Positions 45,386-55,531 of a stretch of 64,000 bases of DNA are shown here, one piece after another (the first letter of the stretch is position 1; the number at the start of each line of letters is the position of its first letter). Under the pieces are notes generated by a model that was given only the letters and a program-made list of their open reading frames with translations, was not told the origin of the DNA and did not search any database. The DNA lies in sequence record OR352948.1. One strand, 5' to 3'. Source of the stretch: Escherichia phage AV118. The translations under genes and the position numbers were made by a program.

Positions 45386-47074
45386 TTATGAAACAGTCAT
45401 TACCGTAAATCGTCCAACTTTGCTCATTTGAAGATGTTGTCCATAAGCTTGTGGGTCATGGTCTCTGTGACTAATTATAAACACGTTTGCATCGGTTAGA
45501 GAGTTAAGAATTGTTGAAATAGCTTTAATACCTTCAGAATCAGTCGCGGAATCCATGACTTCGTCCATAATTAATGTATTGATTCTAACACCAGAGACCT
45601 TTTCAGCAATATCTCGCCATGTAAACAACAACGCGATATCGATACGTGCTTTTTCACCTTGACTAAATGAAGCATAACTGAACTCTTCACGACCACGTGA
45701 TTTTATAGATTCATTGAATTCTTCGTCAATAGAAAACACGTAATCAGCTTCCATGATTTTAAGATAATGGTTAATCTGCTTGTTGAACAGAGGCACATAT
45801 TTTTTAATGATAGCACCTTTAATACCAGAATCTTTTAACATATCTGTGATAATACCACGATGGTATTTTTCAAGAACGATATCCGATTTTGTTTTAATGA
45901 TTTTATCAAGTTCTTTTTGAAGCAAAGCTATCTCATCGGCATGGTCGATAAATTCCGCTGAGGCTTGTTCTATTGCAGCTTTAACTTTCTTAGCTTTATC
46001 AATAGTGGCAATCATTGCTTGTTTCTTGGTACGAATATCAGATGCAAGGTCCTGTTTAGTCTTAACATTAGCTCTATATTCGTCCACTAGGACACTCAGA
46101 TTATCTCTGTGGCAGGTAAGTTGCTCGAATGAGTGATTACATTCATGAAGCTTATCGGTAATCTTAGAGACAATAGGATCACCCTGGTGCAACTGTGATG
46201 CGCAAGTAGGACATGTACCGCCATCATGATACATCTTAATAACTTTGTTGTATGAGTCAATTTTAGATTTAATCAAGAATGCTTCTTGTCCTATCTTGTT
46301 GAATGCCTCAGTAGGGTCTTCATCAAGAACGATATTAAGTAGTCGCTCATTAGCTTCTTCGATTTCTGCTTTTAATGAACGAGCTTCTTTAGCTAGGTCG
46401 TCATACATATTCTGTAGACGCGCTACATTATCACCAGATAATTTCTTTTGACGTTCGATATTCTCGTTATAAATCTTAATTTGTTGGATAACACCATCTT
46501 TCTTGGCATCGAGAACTTGTCCCTGGGAATTAAGTTCTCGAACTTGAGACTTATTGATTTTATCCATTTCAGCGAGTGTGCCGACTTCTAAAAGGTCTTC
46601 GACAAGTTTTCTACGAGCAGGGGTGCTAAGAGCCATGAAAGGGGTATACCCTGCCGTCCCAAGCACAACGATCTGTTTAAAAGACGCGTATGACATTCCG
46701 ATGCTACGTTCAAATTCTTCTTGGAAGTCACGACTGCTGGCAGATTCATCAAGACGAACACCGTCAACGGAGATTTCGAAAATATTGGGCTTTTGGCCAC
46801 GTTTAATGAAGTATTTTTTATCATCGAATTCCATCCAAAGCTCAACTAAGAGCTCTTTCTTGTTCGTGCTATTAATGATTTGTCCTTTCTTAACATCACG
46901 AAATGGTTTACCGAAAAGTCCGAAAGTAATGGCTTCTAACATCGTAGATTTACCACCGCCATTTTTACCAGTGATTAATGTCTTTTGAACTTTATCTAAT
47001 TGGATATCAATAGGATTCCCACCTACCGACATGATGTTTTGATAACGAACACGATTTAATTTAAATGATTTCAT
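45386..47074 (-). CDS. 46: Recombination endonuclease subunit gp46 (Rad50/SbcC-like ATPase, 562 aa)
   Basis: Walker A GKNGGGKST, coiled-coil middle, signature/Walker B region LIMDEV. Confidence 0.9.
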   Translation of the reverse strand: MKSFKLNRVRYQNIMSVGGNPIDIQLDKVQKTLITGKNGGGKSTMLEAITFGLFGKPFRDVKKGQIINSTNKKELLVELWMEFDDKKYFIKRGQKPNIFEISVDGVRLDESASSRDFQEEFERSIGMSYASFKQIVVLGTAGYTPFMALSTPARRKLVEDLLEVGTLAEMDKINKSQVRELNSQGQVLDAKKDGVIQQIKIYNENIERQKKLSGDNVARLQNMYDDLAKEARSLKAEIEEANERLLNIVLDEDPTEAFNKIGQEAFLIKSKIDSYNKVIKMYHDGGTCPTCASQLHQGDPIVSKITDKLHECNHSFEQLTCHRDNLSVLVDEYRANVKTKQDLASDIRTKKQAMIATIDKAKKVKAAIEQASAEFIDHADEIALLQKELDKIIKTKSDIVLEKYHRGIITDMLKDSGIKGAIIKKYVPLFNKQINHYLKIMEADYVFSIDEEFNESIKSRGREEFSYASFSQGEKARIDIALLFTWRDIAEKVSGVRINTLIMDEVMDSATDSEGIKAISTILNSLTDANVFIISHRDHDPQAYGQHLQMSKVGRFTVMTVS

Positions 47075-47310
47075 ATGTATTCTCTTCGAATGAAGTCCTC
47101 TACATATTTTAACATGTCATCCCTATCAGCAAAATATTCATCTAGTTCTGCATACATAACAACACCTGGTGCATACTCACAGGTAACATACATTGTTCCA
47201 AAGAAACGAGGAGTTGATTCCTCGTAATTCTCAGTCCATTCAACGATACCAATATAACCGTCACCAATACTAAATTCATGACGATGGATTTCATAATCAG
47301 TCTTCGTCAT
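47071..47310 (-). CDS. hypothetical protein (79 aa from ATG at 47310)
   Basis: ATG with GAGGA Shine-Dalgarno. Confidence 0.4.
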   Translation of the reverse strand: MTKTDYEIHRHEFSIGDGYIGIVEWTENYEESTPRFFGTMYVTCEYAPGVVMYAELDEYFADRDDMLKYVEDFIRREYI

Positions 47311-47554
47311 TATACGCATCCTCAATACACGCTTCAGCCATTTTAAGAATAGAGCCAGGAGTATCGTTGTCCATTATATTAAAGCTAAATTCAATAGCCC
47401 AGTCAGTGCAGACATGAACTGCTTTAACTTCATTGCCTTCAACGCGTAATGGCTCAATCCAATACTTGATAGTGTTCTCGAATCCATCGTCATCTTTAAC
47501 GTCCATTTCAACTTCAAGCCTGAGTCCAGCATTGTTAAATTCATCTAAAGTCAT
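47297..47554 (-). CDS. hypothetical acidic protein (85 aa)
   Basis: ATGA overlap with gene 47 stop. Confidence 0.4.
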   Translation of the reverse strand: MTLDEFNNAGLRLEVEMDVKDDDGFENTIKYWIEPLRVEGNEVKAVHVCTDWAIEFSFNIMDNDTPGSILKMAEACIEDAYNDED

Positions 47555-48573
47555 TGTGTTGCCTCAATATAAAGTTCGTTGGAATATTTGACCAGCGCTT
47601 CTCTGTCTTCATCTGAGATATCTGGAATCGCGTCAATATATTCTTTAATGATATCTTGAAGTGATTTAATCTCGATTTCCTGGTCGTCATCAGATTCAAC
47701 ACTGTTATCAACTTTAGAAACCATACGAAGAGAGTGAACTACTTTTTCAAGTTCAGATTCAAACTTAGTCAACTCTGAATCAATTTCTGATACTATAACA
47801 CGTACGGCTAGATTAGTATAATCAGAATAATTGATTTTGCCTTTAAATGGATAAGTGATTCGTCGATGCCATGTTGTTTCATTAGGAATAAATTCCATAC
47901 GTTCAACATCAGTGTCAAATACCCAGAATCCGCGAGGGTCGTTCTCATCACCTGCAGTAAGGGTCCATGGTGTCCCAATATATTTGACGTTAGCAGCTTC
48001 AGAGATTGTGTGGAAGTGGCCAGACCAGACTTGTTTATAGGTCTTTAAGAAATCAGGTTCAAGCCCATGAGACTTCATTCCTTTATAGAAATAGAAGCCA
48101 TTTAATTCCCAGTGCCCAACACAATACGCTGCAGAAGAAGTCTTGATGTGCTCTAAGATTTCACCTGTATTTTCTTCACACATCCATGGAATCAAATCAA
48201 TCAAGCACCCATCAAAATCTACTGTAGTTGGCTTATCATAAATTATTACGTTTTTACGATGGCTCAATAATTCTTGAACAGTGTTAGGATATAAGGTTGT
48301 TTTATAAAAGAGATCATGATTCCCAAGTATTGTATGGACTGTTATACCAGCGGCTTCCACCAAATCAAACATTTCACGCGTGAATTCCATACAACGTTGT
48401 GTGGTGTGGGCTCTGACATCAAATGTATCACCATATTGAATCCATGTTGTTATTCCATTTGCGACGGAATAGTCGATCATTTGTCTGAAACCGTCACGTT
48501 GTATAGCTTGAATCCAATCGTCGTCTTTTTTGACGCCTAGATGCAAATCGCCTATATTAAGTATTTTCATCAC
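47551..48573 (-). CDS. 47: Recombination endonuclease subunit gp47 (Mre11/SbcD-like phosphoesterase, 340 aa)
   Basis: Calcineurin-like motifs DLHLG, GDTFD, GNHD, GHFH. Confidence 0.9.
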   Translation of the reverse strand: MMKILNIGDLHLGVKKDDDWIQAIQRDGFRQMIDYSVANGITTWIQYGDTFDVRAHTTQRCMEFTREMFDLVEAAGITVHTILGNHDLFYKTTLYPNTVQELLSHRKNVIIYDKPTTVDFDGCLIDLIPWMCEENTGEILEHIKTSSAAYCVGHWELNGFYFYKGMKSHGLEPDFLKTYKQVWSGHFHTISEAANVKYIGTPWTLTAGDENDPRGFWVFDTDVERMEFIPNETTWHRRITYPFKGKINYSDYTNLAVRVIVSEIDSELTKFESELEKVVHSLRMVSKVDNSVESDDDQEIEIKSLQDIIKEYIDAIPDISDEDREALVKYSNELYIEATQ

Positions 48574-49373
48574 ATACCTTTAAATTTGGAGTAAATTATA
48601 TTGTGGTACGATATATCAGGAAACCCTTTATCGACCGCAATTTTTCTAAACTTATTAGGACTTATTTTACCACACTCCATCCATAATGCAAACAACTCGT
48701 CAAAATGCTCATATGCTGGACCTCGACGAGCTTTTGACACAGCAGCACTTATGCGAGCCTTTTTCTCAGAATCAAGGTTTTTAAGAGAATTACTTATTTT
48801 ATTTTTTTGCTCTTCTGAATTGAAGGTGCCTTTTTCCCAGCCTAAAGGTTGGCTTCCTTCATGGAACATTTTTCTTGAAGTTCCATTGGTATACCATATT
48901 TTACCTTTATTGTGCCCTGATGCTTTATATTTTGGTGAGCGTCCTTTTATAAATCCTTCAGGTATAGTAGGAGCAAATGTTTGTTCAAGGGTTTCTGGGT
49001 TATACGAATGTATGTTATTTTTGGCGTTATGAGACCCATATAATGGGTGATTTTTACCAGAAACATCACGCCCAAAGAAACCAGTTGGTGATGCCAAAGA
49101 CATATTCATATACAAAGGATTTTTATGAGCTTGAACTCTAATTTGATAGTCCTTTTCCACCTTTAAAGCTTCTTCTCGTGTTGGATGTTCGCTCAAAATA
49201 CAAGAATCAAACAACGTAGGATTTTCTAAAAGTTCTTTGTTATAAATTTTACGATAGGCTTTAGATAGAATAGTACCATGATACCCGTTTAAATGTTTTT
49301 CTAAGCTAGTCGAACCTATGTAAAAAGGTGGTAGCTTATCTCCAGAATAAATTGTCAAATAGACTATAAACAT
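48570..49373 (-). CDS. GIY-YIG (Seg-like) homing endonuclease with NUMOD3-type repeats (267 aa from ATG at 49373)
   Basis: YLTIYSGDKLPPFYIGST GIY-YIG motif; AAAGGAG Shine-Dalgarno; own promoter 49398-49427. Confidence 0.6.
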   Translation of the reverse strand: MFIVYLTIYSGDKLPPFYIGSTSLEKHLNGYHGTILSKAYRKIYNKELLENPTLFDSCILSEHPTREEALKVEKDYQIRVQAHKNPLYMNMSLASPTGFFGRDVSGKNHPLYGSHNAKNNIHSYNPETLEQTFAPTIPEGFIKGRSPKYKASGHNKGKIWYTNGTSRKMFHEGSQPLGWEKGTFNSEEQKNKISNSLKNLDSEKKARISAAVSKARRGPAYEHFDELFALWMECGKISPNKFRKIAVDKGFPDISYHNIIYSKFKGM

Positions 49374-49397
49374 ATATTTCTCCTTTGATTTAAGGAG

Positions 49398-49427
49398 ATT
49401 ATAACACGCCTTTAATGAAGCGTAAAC
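49398..49427 (-). promoter_or_regulatory. T4-early-type promoter (GTTTAC-N18-TATAAT) driving the Seg-like gene
   Basis: Read on minus strand. Confidence 0.45.
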
Positions 49428-49452
49428 AAAAAAAGGAAGCACTAGGCTTCCT
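49428..49452. terminator. Bidirectional hairpin terminator (aggaagc-actag-gcttcct) flanked by A7 and T4 runs
   Basis: Read directly. Confidence 0.45.
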
Positions 49453-49518
49453 TTTGATATCGCCTAAGGCTTATAGGTCCTTAGAAATCTGGATGTTCAT
49501 CTTCAACAAAGCTAGTAT

Positions 49519-49719
49519 TCATCGCTGCCACCATTTTTTAAGTTGATGTGAATCTACCCATACCTTCGCTACAGGCTCAATATTAAAAATACCATCGGAC
49601 GTACGTCCAATCATTTTGTATTCGGTTTCAGATTGCTTGATACAAATATCACCATAAGAGCGAAGTCTAAAAGCGGCTCCTACTAGAAGCCGTTTAAACT
49701 TTGTTTGAACTAGCGCCAT
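49519..49719 (-). CDS. hypothetical protein (66 aa from ATG at 49719)
   Basis: GAGGA Shine-Dalgarno. Confidence 0.35.
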   Translation of the reverse strand: MALVQTKFKRLLVGAAFRLRSYGDICIKQSETEYKMIGRTSDGIFNIEPVAKVWVDSHQLKKWWQR

Positions 49720-50017
49720 TAATGATGTCCTCAATAGCCTGACGAGTAGTAACCCACTGGATTTTAATTAACTTGTCATTATATGGTTGTCTTAGAATAT
49801 CCCGAGATTTCTTAATAGCATATTCGTAAGCTTCGAAGTTGTTTTGAATTGCTGCTTCTTGAGCATGAGCATAAAGACGGTTTAGTTCAAAACGATTCTT
49901 TTTAAGAATCTTTTCGGATTTTTTACGTGCTTCAGCTTCATTTTTCTTTTGGATTTCTTGTAGCATTTTAGCTACTGCATCTTCTGCTTCTTTATTTTCA
50001 ATAATCTCGGTAGTCAT
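49694..50017 (-). CDS. hypothetical coiled-coil protein (107 aa)
   Basis: Minus-strand ORF. Confidence 0.4.
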   Translation of the reverse strand: MTTEIIENKEAEDAVAKMLQEIQKKNEAEARKKSEKILKKNRFELNRLYAHAQEAAIQNNFEAYEYAIKKSRDILRQPYNDKLIKIQWVTTRQAIEDIINGASSNKV

Positions 50018-50018
50018 A

Positions 50019-50234
50019 TTATCTCATTAAATTAAAATAAAAACGTCCGTCCTCTTCAATACAGAACTCATACTCAACCGGAGTCCCATTTATCGAAAAT
50101 AACACGTCATGTGGGTTCAAAGGGTCGATGTCAAAATTAATTTTAAATTCACGACCCAACAGTTTTACCAAATAAGGGATTGCTTCGTCAAAAGGTTCTT
50201 CTAAGTAGTTAGAGATGTCAATTGTCATCCTCAT
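50019..50234 (-). CDS. hypothetical protein (about 70 aa); start ambiguous (ATG at 50234 or 50228)
   Basis: Overlaps 3' end of gene 55. Confidence 0.3.
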   Translation of the reverse strand: MRMTIDISNYLEEPFDEAIPYLVKLLGREFKINFDIDPLNPHDVLFSINGTPVEYEFCIEEDGRFYFNLMR

Positions 50235-50775
50235 ATAAAAAATCCAAACTAGGCGAATCGCTAACAACTTCCTTCTTTTCAGCCCCAGGAGCTTTATAAG
50301 CGGATTCTTCATAATGCGTCATTTTATCGTAGATGTCTTGAATAAACGTTTCATCTACCAACGCTACCATATCATCGTCATGACTGTCGTAGACATTATG
50401 AACGAAGTAACTATATTTCTTTGCAACTTCCTTACGTTCTTTTTTGATACGTTGGACAAAAGCATTAAAACAAGCTCGAGTTATGTATGCATGTGGGTTA
50501 TTGTACTTAGTTTCGTCGAAATTATGAAGTCCCTTAATAGAGGCTTCAATCCCATCTGCAATCATCTCCTGCTTCCAAGACTGGGTATATCCTGAAAAGT
50601 TGAAACGTTTGGACAGGCCTTCGGCGATAAGCATAATTGCTAAACCGATGGTATCATTCTGACGAATAATTTTGTTTGGGTCTTTATTATTTAAGAGCTC
50701 CTTTTTCCACTCGATTATAGCGGCGAGAAGCTCTTTATTATTCACATAGTTATTTTTAGGTTTTTGTTCAGTCAT
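50218..50775 (-). CDS. 55: Late sigma factor gp55 (185 aa from ATG at 50775)
   Basis: [17 protein letters not shown]...[37 protein letters not shown] matches T4 gp55; ATG at 50775 with AAGAGG Shine-Dalgarno gives the T4 length. Confidence 0.85.
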   Translation of the reverse strand: MTEQKPKNNYVNNKELLAAIIEWKKELLNNKDPNKIIRQNDTIGLAIMLIAEGLSKRFNFSGYTQSWKQEMIADGIEASIKGLHNFDETKYNNPHAYITRACFNAFVQRIKKERKEVAKKYSYFVHNVYDSHDDDMVALVDETFIQDIYDKMTHYEESAYKAPGAEKKEVVSDSPSLDFLYEDDN

Positions 50776-50930
50776 AAGTACCTCTTGGCTCAATTCATAG
50801 GTCTATTATATCATAATATTTAGAGACCTATCTTAAAGCACGAGATACTATCAAAGATACGTAACTTTCATAAAGTTGTCGACTTAAAATTCACCAAACT
50901 TTTCTTCGGTTATAGCGATTCAAGATAGTT

Positions 50931-51158
50931 TCATTCTATTTCCTTTGCTGCAAATAAGGCAGCATCCAACGAATCAAATTGGTCAACAAAATCAATATTT
51001 AACGCATCGTCAACCGTAGCATATAACCACCATTGTTTGAATTCATATTCAAGAATAAATCCAGGCCCTTCAATCTGAGGAAGACCTAGGCTATTTGTAC
51101 CAACTTCGTAACCAGCTAGACGGAGGTCATTAATCAAAGTTTCTGTTAATACGCTCAT
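50931..51158 (-). CDS. hypothetical acidic protein (75 aa)
   Basis: ATGA overlap. Confidence 0.4.
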   Translation of the reverse strand: MSVLTETLINDLRLAGYEVGTNSLGLPQIEGPGFILEYEFKQWWLYATVDDALNIDFVDQFDSLDAALFAAKEIE

Positions 51159-51487
51159 TTTACCGCCTTAACAATTTTCAAGTCAACGAATTTTTTCTTA
51201 CGTTGATTTTTCATACGACGGATAGTCTTTTCAGAGATTTCATGTTTCTGATAAGCTTTAGATTCAACACCAAATGCAGCAACGTCAAATTCAGAAAGAA
51301 TATATTGTACTAGAATTTCACGAATAGAATTACGTCCAATTTTCTGGTCGTGTTTTTGCATGATTTCATAAAGACGGAATTCCCACGCGTCAAGAACTTG
51401 AGGAGTAACAATATTGCCGGATTCCAGAAGAGCAACAACTTTATCGAAAGCGAAAGAATTAACTACGTTTTTGATTTTAGTAGACAT
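51155..51487 (-). CDS. hypothetical protein (110 aa from ATG at 51487)
   Basis: ATG with GAGGAAA Shine-Dalgarno downstream of promoter 51525-51554. Confidence 0.4.
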   Translation of the reverse strand: MSTKIKNVVNSFAFDKVVALLESGNIVTPQVLDAWEFRLYEIMQKHDQKIGRNSIREILVQYILSEFDVAAFGVESKAYQKHEISEKTIRRMKNQRKKKFVDLKIVKAVK

Positions 51488-51524
51488 ATTATTTTCCTCG
51501 GTTATTTTATTATCCAATGAGAGC

Positions 51525-51554
51525 ATTATACTCTGCTCTCAAGAGTTTGTAAAT
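51525..51554 (-). promoter_or_regulatory. Early-type promoter (-10 TATAAT inside gagagca/tgctctc inverted repeat); second copy of the 35-nt repeat
   Basis: 35 nt identical to 4643-4677. Confidence 0.4.
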
Positions 51555-51556
51555 CG

Positions 51557-51757
51557 TTATCCGAACTTTTTAGCGCCTTTCCAGCCTTCGTACATAACTG
51601 CACAAGTCAGTAGTACAGCATGCTGGCATTCTTTGTATTTGTAAATCCAGAACCAGCGTAAGAAGTCTTCATCCTCAACGCCGTTGAGTTTCATATTGGC
51701 AAAGAATTCGGCACGTTCTTCACGAAGCTTTTGCGATAACATAGATTCAGGATTCAT
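51557..51757 (-). CDS. hypothetical protein (66 aa)
   Basis: ATGA overlap. Confidence 0.4.
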   Translation of the reverse strand: MNPESMLSQKLREERAEFFANMKLNGVEDEDFLRWFWIYKYKECQHAVLLTCAVMYEGWKGAKKFG

Positions 51758-51888
51758 TTTGTGTTCCAGGCCCCATTTTCATCGATGAACTTAATCCAGT
51801 CATTTACAGACCATTTAGTTGTATCGCCCTTTGGATTAACATTTAAAGTATATAATCCCTGCTTAAAAAGCATTCGTTTGATATTCAT
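51754..51888 (-). CDS. hypothetical protein (44 aa from ATG at 51888)
   Basis: ATG with GAGGAAA Shine-Dalgarno; longer ORF-track form overlaps the upstream gene. Confidence 0.3.
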   Translation of the reverse strand: MNIKRMLFKQGLYTLNVNPKGDTTKWSVNDWIKFIDENGAWNTK

Positions 51889-51895
51889 AATTTCC

Positions 51896-52189
51896 TCAAC
51901 TGTAACGATAACATTCGTTAGCTTTACGTTTGGCTTCAGTATGAGAAGTATTATAATCATAATCTTCTTTACTGTAAACATCTTTTTTCAACTTACGAAC
52001 TTCTTTGCGGAGTTGTCGATTCATTTCATTCTTGACTTCAGAATCAACGCCTTTCATACGTTTCCATTTATCTGAGCGGAAGATGTTTTCAACCATGTCT
52101 TTGTGGCTAACACCGTCAGGAGCTTTACGCTTACCAAAATAGTCGTAATCGCGAACTTTCAAATCTTTACGACGATATGTTTTACCCAT
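51896..52189 (-). CDS. hypothetical basic protein (97 aa from ATG at 52189)
   Basis: GAGG Shine-Dalgarno. Confidence 0.4.
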   Translation of the reverse strand: MGKTYRRKDLKVRDYDYFGKRKAPDGVSHKDMVENIFRSDKWKRMKGVDSEVKNEMNRQLRKEVRKLKKDVYSKEDYDYNTSHTEAKRKANECYRYS

Positions 52190-52196
52190 AAGTACC

Positions 52197-52484
52197 TCAG
52201 AGGTTGATTGATACAATGCGTTTGATAAAATTCACTTCACTTACTGAAAGGTCTTTAAGACCGATTGATTCTAAACGCTGAGTAAGCGTCAACATCGTGA
52301 TATAGTCCCATTGTGTTTTAGACGTTTGATAAGTACGGACGCCATTAGCAATTTCAACATGCAAATCGGAAATGGTAACGAATACCGGTCGCTCGTCATT
52401 AACTTTAAGGGTTAGAACAACTTTCTTTGAATCTAAACTAATCATTTTATTTTCCTCTGTGGTAGATGGTGTTAATCTTAACAT
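52197..52484 (-). CDS. hypothetical protein (95 aa)
   Basis: Downstream of GTTTAC-N17-TAAGAT promoter (about 52490-52520). Confidence 0.4.
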   Translation of the reverse strand: MLRLTPSTTEENKMISLDSKKVVLTLKVNDERPVFVTISDLHVEIANGVRTYQTSKTQWDYITMLTLTQRLESIGLKDLSVSEVNFIKRIVSINL

Positions 52485-52612
52485 ATCTATCGAGGATGTA
52501 AACTGTTTTATGAAAATATTTTTTGATTTGAGAGGGGCACAAGGAGATAGTGAAGTGAAGATTCCAATGGATTATATTAGAAATGAGATAAAGAAGACCA
52601 GGCGGCACCTGG

Positions 52613-52921
52613 TCAATCTTCTATGATATCAGAGTCATATCCTAATGAAATCAAGGACTTTTTAAACTCTGCAATATTCTTTTGTTTCTTATCATTTAAA
52701 AATATGACAGGATAACGAATATTAAGTGAAGTGAATCCTGCACGTTTAGCAAGAGATACGATTAAAGGACGGTCATATTCAATCTTACCATTATTAGTGA
52801 GGACTTTATAAAATGTATAAGGAGCATTGAGCTCCTTTAAAAGTTTTGTAACAGTATAACATCCTGGACAACGTCCAACTTCTTCAGGGATGCCATAAAT
52901 TTCAATCTTGTTGTGTTCCAC
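52613..52921 (-). CDS. nrdH: Glutaredoxin-like protein NrdH (102 aa; GTG start)
   Basis: CPGC redox motif near N-terminus; adjacent to nrdG/nrdD. Confidence 0.6.
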   Translation of the reverse strand: MEHNKIEIYGIPEEVGRCPGCYTVTKLLKELNAPYTFYKVLTNNGKIEYDRPLIVSLAKRAGFTSLNIRYPVIFLNDKKQKNIAEFKKSLISLGYDSDIIED

Positions 52922-52923
52922 AA

Positions 52924-53136
52924 TTATTCCTTGCCAAGAACAGAATTCAGTTTATTAGTAATTTTGTCCAAACGTTCATTGAATTCGCTGGAGGATAAAC
53001 CCTTTTCCGGAGAAATTAAACTAATCACGAAAAATACAACAGTAAAAGGAATAAGAAAAATAGCTCCAACTGCCATAAATGAAAAGAACGTTACAGTTGT
53101 AAGAAAATCAGCTAAACCTTTACGAAATTTATACAT
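52924..53136 (-). CDS. Small membrane protein (70 aa)
   Basis: Hydrophobic core; AAGGG Shine-Dalgarno. Confidence 0.45.
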   Translation of the reverse strand: MYKFRKGLADFLTTVTFFSFMAVGAIFLIPFTVVFFVISLISPEKGLSSSEFNERLDKITNKLNSVLGKE

Positions 53137-53246
53137 ATTTGCCCTTAATTAACTAAGCATTGATAAGCACTAAACTATATTGCGAATAAAATTCTGGACC
53201 AAAACGAAAAATCATATCATTTATAGTATCCATAATGTAATTCAAT

Positions 53247-53717
53247 TTAATCATGTTTCCACACCCCATCGGTATTTGACCAAAGTCGCTGATTATCTGA
53301 TCCTCGCCACAGCTTTTTAGTCGGAAGATTTTTCTCATACTTCCCATCAATAATAACATCAACATATTTAAGCATTTCTAGTTGTTTAATATCTTCAAAA
53401 TTATATCCTGTCCACAACCAAATGCTTTTATTGGGATAAAGATTTTTAATAGTTTGAACCACAGAGTGAATCACATCTCTGTTATCAGGATAGAGAGGGT
53501 CACCTCCGGTTATAGTCAATCCTTCTATATAATCATTATTCAAACATTCAATTAATTGTTCTAGTGTTTCACCAGTGAATGGAATACCATTTCTAGCATT
53601 CCATGTTGATTTATTATAACACCCTTCGCATTTATGCAAACAACCCGTAACGAAAAGAACGACCCTGCAACCAGGGCCATTCACAAAATCGCAAGGATAA
53701 AATCTATCATAATTCAT
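53247..53717 (-). CDS. nrdG: Anaerobic ribonucleotide reductase activating protein NrdG (radical SAM, 156 aa)
   Basis: N-terminal CxxxCxxC (GCLHKCEGC); ATGA coupled to nrdD. Confidence 0.85.
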   Translation of the reverse strand: MNYDRFYPCDFVNGPGCRVVLFVTGCLHKCEGCYNKSTWNARNGIPFTGETLEQLIECLNNDYIEGLTITGGDPLYPDNRDVIHSVVQTIKNLYPNKSIWLWTGYNFEDIKQLEMLKYVDVIIDGKYEKNLPTKKLWRGSDNQRLWSNTDGVWKHD

Positions 53718-55531
53718 TGGTGTTTAACCCTATGCATGATTTCTTTATTTTTACCGAGATTAAATCCGCGTTCGTTCGGATTTCCCAAATAACCGCATGT
53801 TCTTCTTATGGTGTTCATCTTTTTAGGATCAGTTTCTCCACAGATAGAACAAACAAATCCGTTTTCAGTAGGAGTCATTTCATGGGTACTTCCACATGTA
53901 AAACATTTATCTACTGGCATATTAACACCAAAATAATCTAAATGTTGTGCAGCATAATCCCACACGGCCTCAAGTCCTTTTAAGTTATTTTTCATATCAG
54001 GAAGTTCAACATAAGAAATGTGACCACCTGTCGCAATGAAATGATATGGCGCTTCACGAGAAATCTTTTCAAACGGAGTAATATTTTCTTCTACTGAAAC
54101 GTGGAAACTGTTAGTGTACCAGCCTTTATCGGTAACATCTTTTACACTTCCATATTTTTCTGTATCGAGTTTACAGAAGCGATAACAAAGGTTTTCAGCA
54201 GGAGTCGAATATAAACTAAAAGCAAATCCAGTTCTTTCGGTCCACTGCTTAAGATGAGCATTCATTTTAGTTAAAATTTCTTGCCCAATATCACGACCGA
54301 CAAGAATATTCAATTCGTGAATACCAATGTATCCTAAAGACACTGAACTTCTACCGTTTTTAAATAACTCAATTATGTCGTCATCAGGTTTAAGACGAAC
54401 CCCGAATGCACCTTCTTGGTAAAGAATAGGAGCTACAGTTGCTTTAACACCCTTTAAAGAACTAATTCTACACATCAAGGCTTCAAAACACAGATCCATT
54501 CGTTCATTGAATAATTCAACAAATTTCTGTTCATTGAACTGTGTTCCAATATAAGAATCTAATGCGATACGAGGAAGATTCAGTGTTACAACGCCGAGAT
54601 TATTACGACCGTCAAGAATTTCATTTCCAGTTGAATCTTTCCATACGCTCAAGAAACTACGGCAACCCATCGGAGAAACTGGAACTGAAGAACCGGTAAT
54701 AGCTTTATTATTCTTAACTGAAATAATGTCAGGATACATTCTTTTGCTTGCACATTCTAACGCAAGTTGTTTAATATCATAGTTTGGATCATCTTTATAA
54801 AGATTAACACCTTCTTCAAAAAACATAACAAGCTTAGGGAAAATAGGAGTTATTCCATCACGTCCAAGGCCTTTAATGCGGTTTTTAAGAATTGCCTTCT
54901 GAATCATTCGTTCAGTCCAGTCAGTTCCTGTACCAAATGTAATTGTTACAAAAGGTGTTTGTCCGTTTGAACTAAAGAGAGTATTTACTTCATATTCATA
55001 AGCTTGGAATGCATCGTATACATCTTTTTCTGTTTTAGATTGAGCATAATTCAACGCATCAGCGATTTGCCATTTTTCTGCATCCTCAATATGTTTTGCA
55101 TAGGTGCGTTTAACATAAGGAGAAAGTACTTTATCTACATTAGCAAAAGTCGTTCCGCCGTATTGATGGGAAGCAACCTGTGCAGTAATTTGTGCCATAA
55201 TTGCAGTAGCAACACCGATTGATTTAGGAGTTTCAATCTGTGCATTACCAAGCTTAAATCCATTCTCAAGCATTCCTTTTAAATCTACTAAACAGCAATT
55301 AGTAAAAGGCAATGATATACTGTAATCTAAATCGTGAAAATGAATTAATCCGACATTATGAGCATTTACAATATGGCTCGGAAGAATACTACAAGCGATA
55401 TGTTTAGAAACAATACCGGCCATTAAATCTCTTTTTGTTGGAAAGACACGAGAATCTTTGTTGGCATTTTCGGTATTTAATTCTTTATCTTTATTTGAAA
55501 TAAAATTTAAAACATCTTTCTCTAAAGACAT
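53714..55531 (-). CDS. nrdD: Anaerobic ribonucleoside-triphosphate reductase NrdD (605 aa), uninterrupted
   Basis: C-terminal zinc-ribbon Cys cluster and glycyl-radical region; size as T4 NrdD. Confidence 0.9.
   Translation of the reverse strand: MSLEKDVLNFISNKDKELNTENANKDSRVFPTKRDLMAGIVSKHIACSILPSHIVNAHNVGLIHFHDLDYSISLPFTNCCLVDLKGMLENGFKLGNAQIETPKSIGVATAIMAQITAQVASHQYGGTTFANVDKVLSPYVKRTYAKHIEDAEKWQIADALNYAQSKTEKDVYDAFQAYEYEVNTLFSSNGQTPFVTITFGTGTDWTERMIQKAILKNRIKGLGRDGITPIFPKLVMFFEEGVNLYKDDPNYDIKQLALECASKRMYPDIISVKNNKAITGSSVPVSPMGCRSFLSVWKDSTGNEILDGRNNLGVVTLNLPRIALDSYIGTQFNEQKFVELFNERMDLCFEALMCRISSLKGVKATVAPILYQEGAFGVRLKPDDDIIELFKNGRSSVSLGYIGIHELNILVGRDIGQEILTKMNAHLKQWTERTGFAFSLYSTPAENLCYRFCKLDTEKYGSVKDVTDKGWYTNSFHVSVEENITPFEKISREAPYHFIATGGHISYVELPDMKNNLKGLEAVWDYAAQHLDYFGVNMPVDKCFTCGSTHEMTPTENGFVCSICGETDPKKMNTIRRTCGYLGNPNERGFNLGKNKEIMHRVKHQ

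Noticed and set aside
52372-52626. Plus-strand ORF (84 aa) spanning the intergenic region between nrdH and the next minus gene, with a possible internal start at about 52511
   Set aside because: The apparent Shine-Dalgarno (gaggatg) is the reverse complement of the -35/spacer of a minus-strand early promoter; the ORF overlaps a minus-strand gene; more likely spurious.
53153-53365. Minus-strand 70-aa ORF overlapping the 3' end of nrdG
   Set aside because: Overlaps nrdG by about 120 nt in another frame and has no in-frame ATG with a Shine-Dalgarno that avoids the overlap; a short real gene in the 110-bp gap cannot be excluded.
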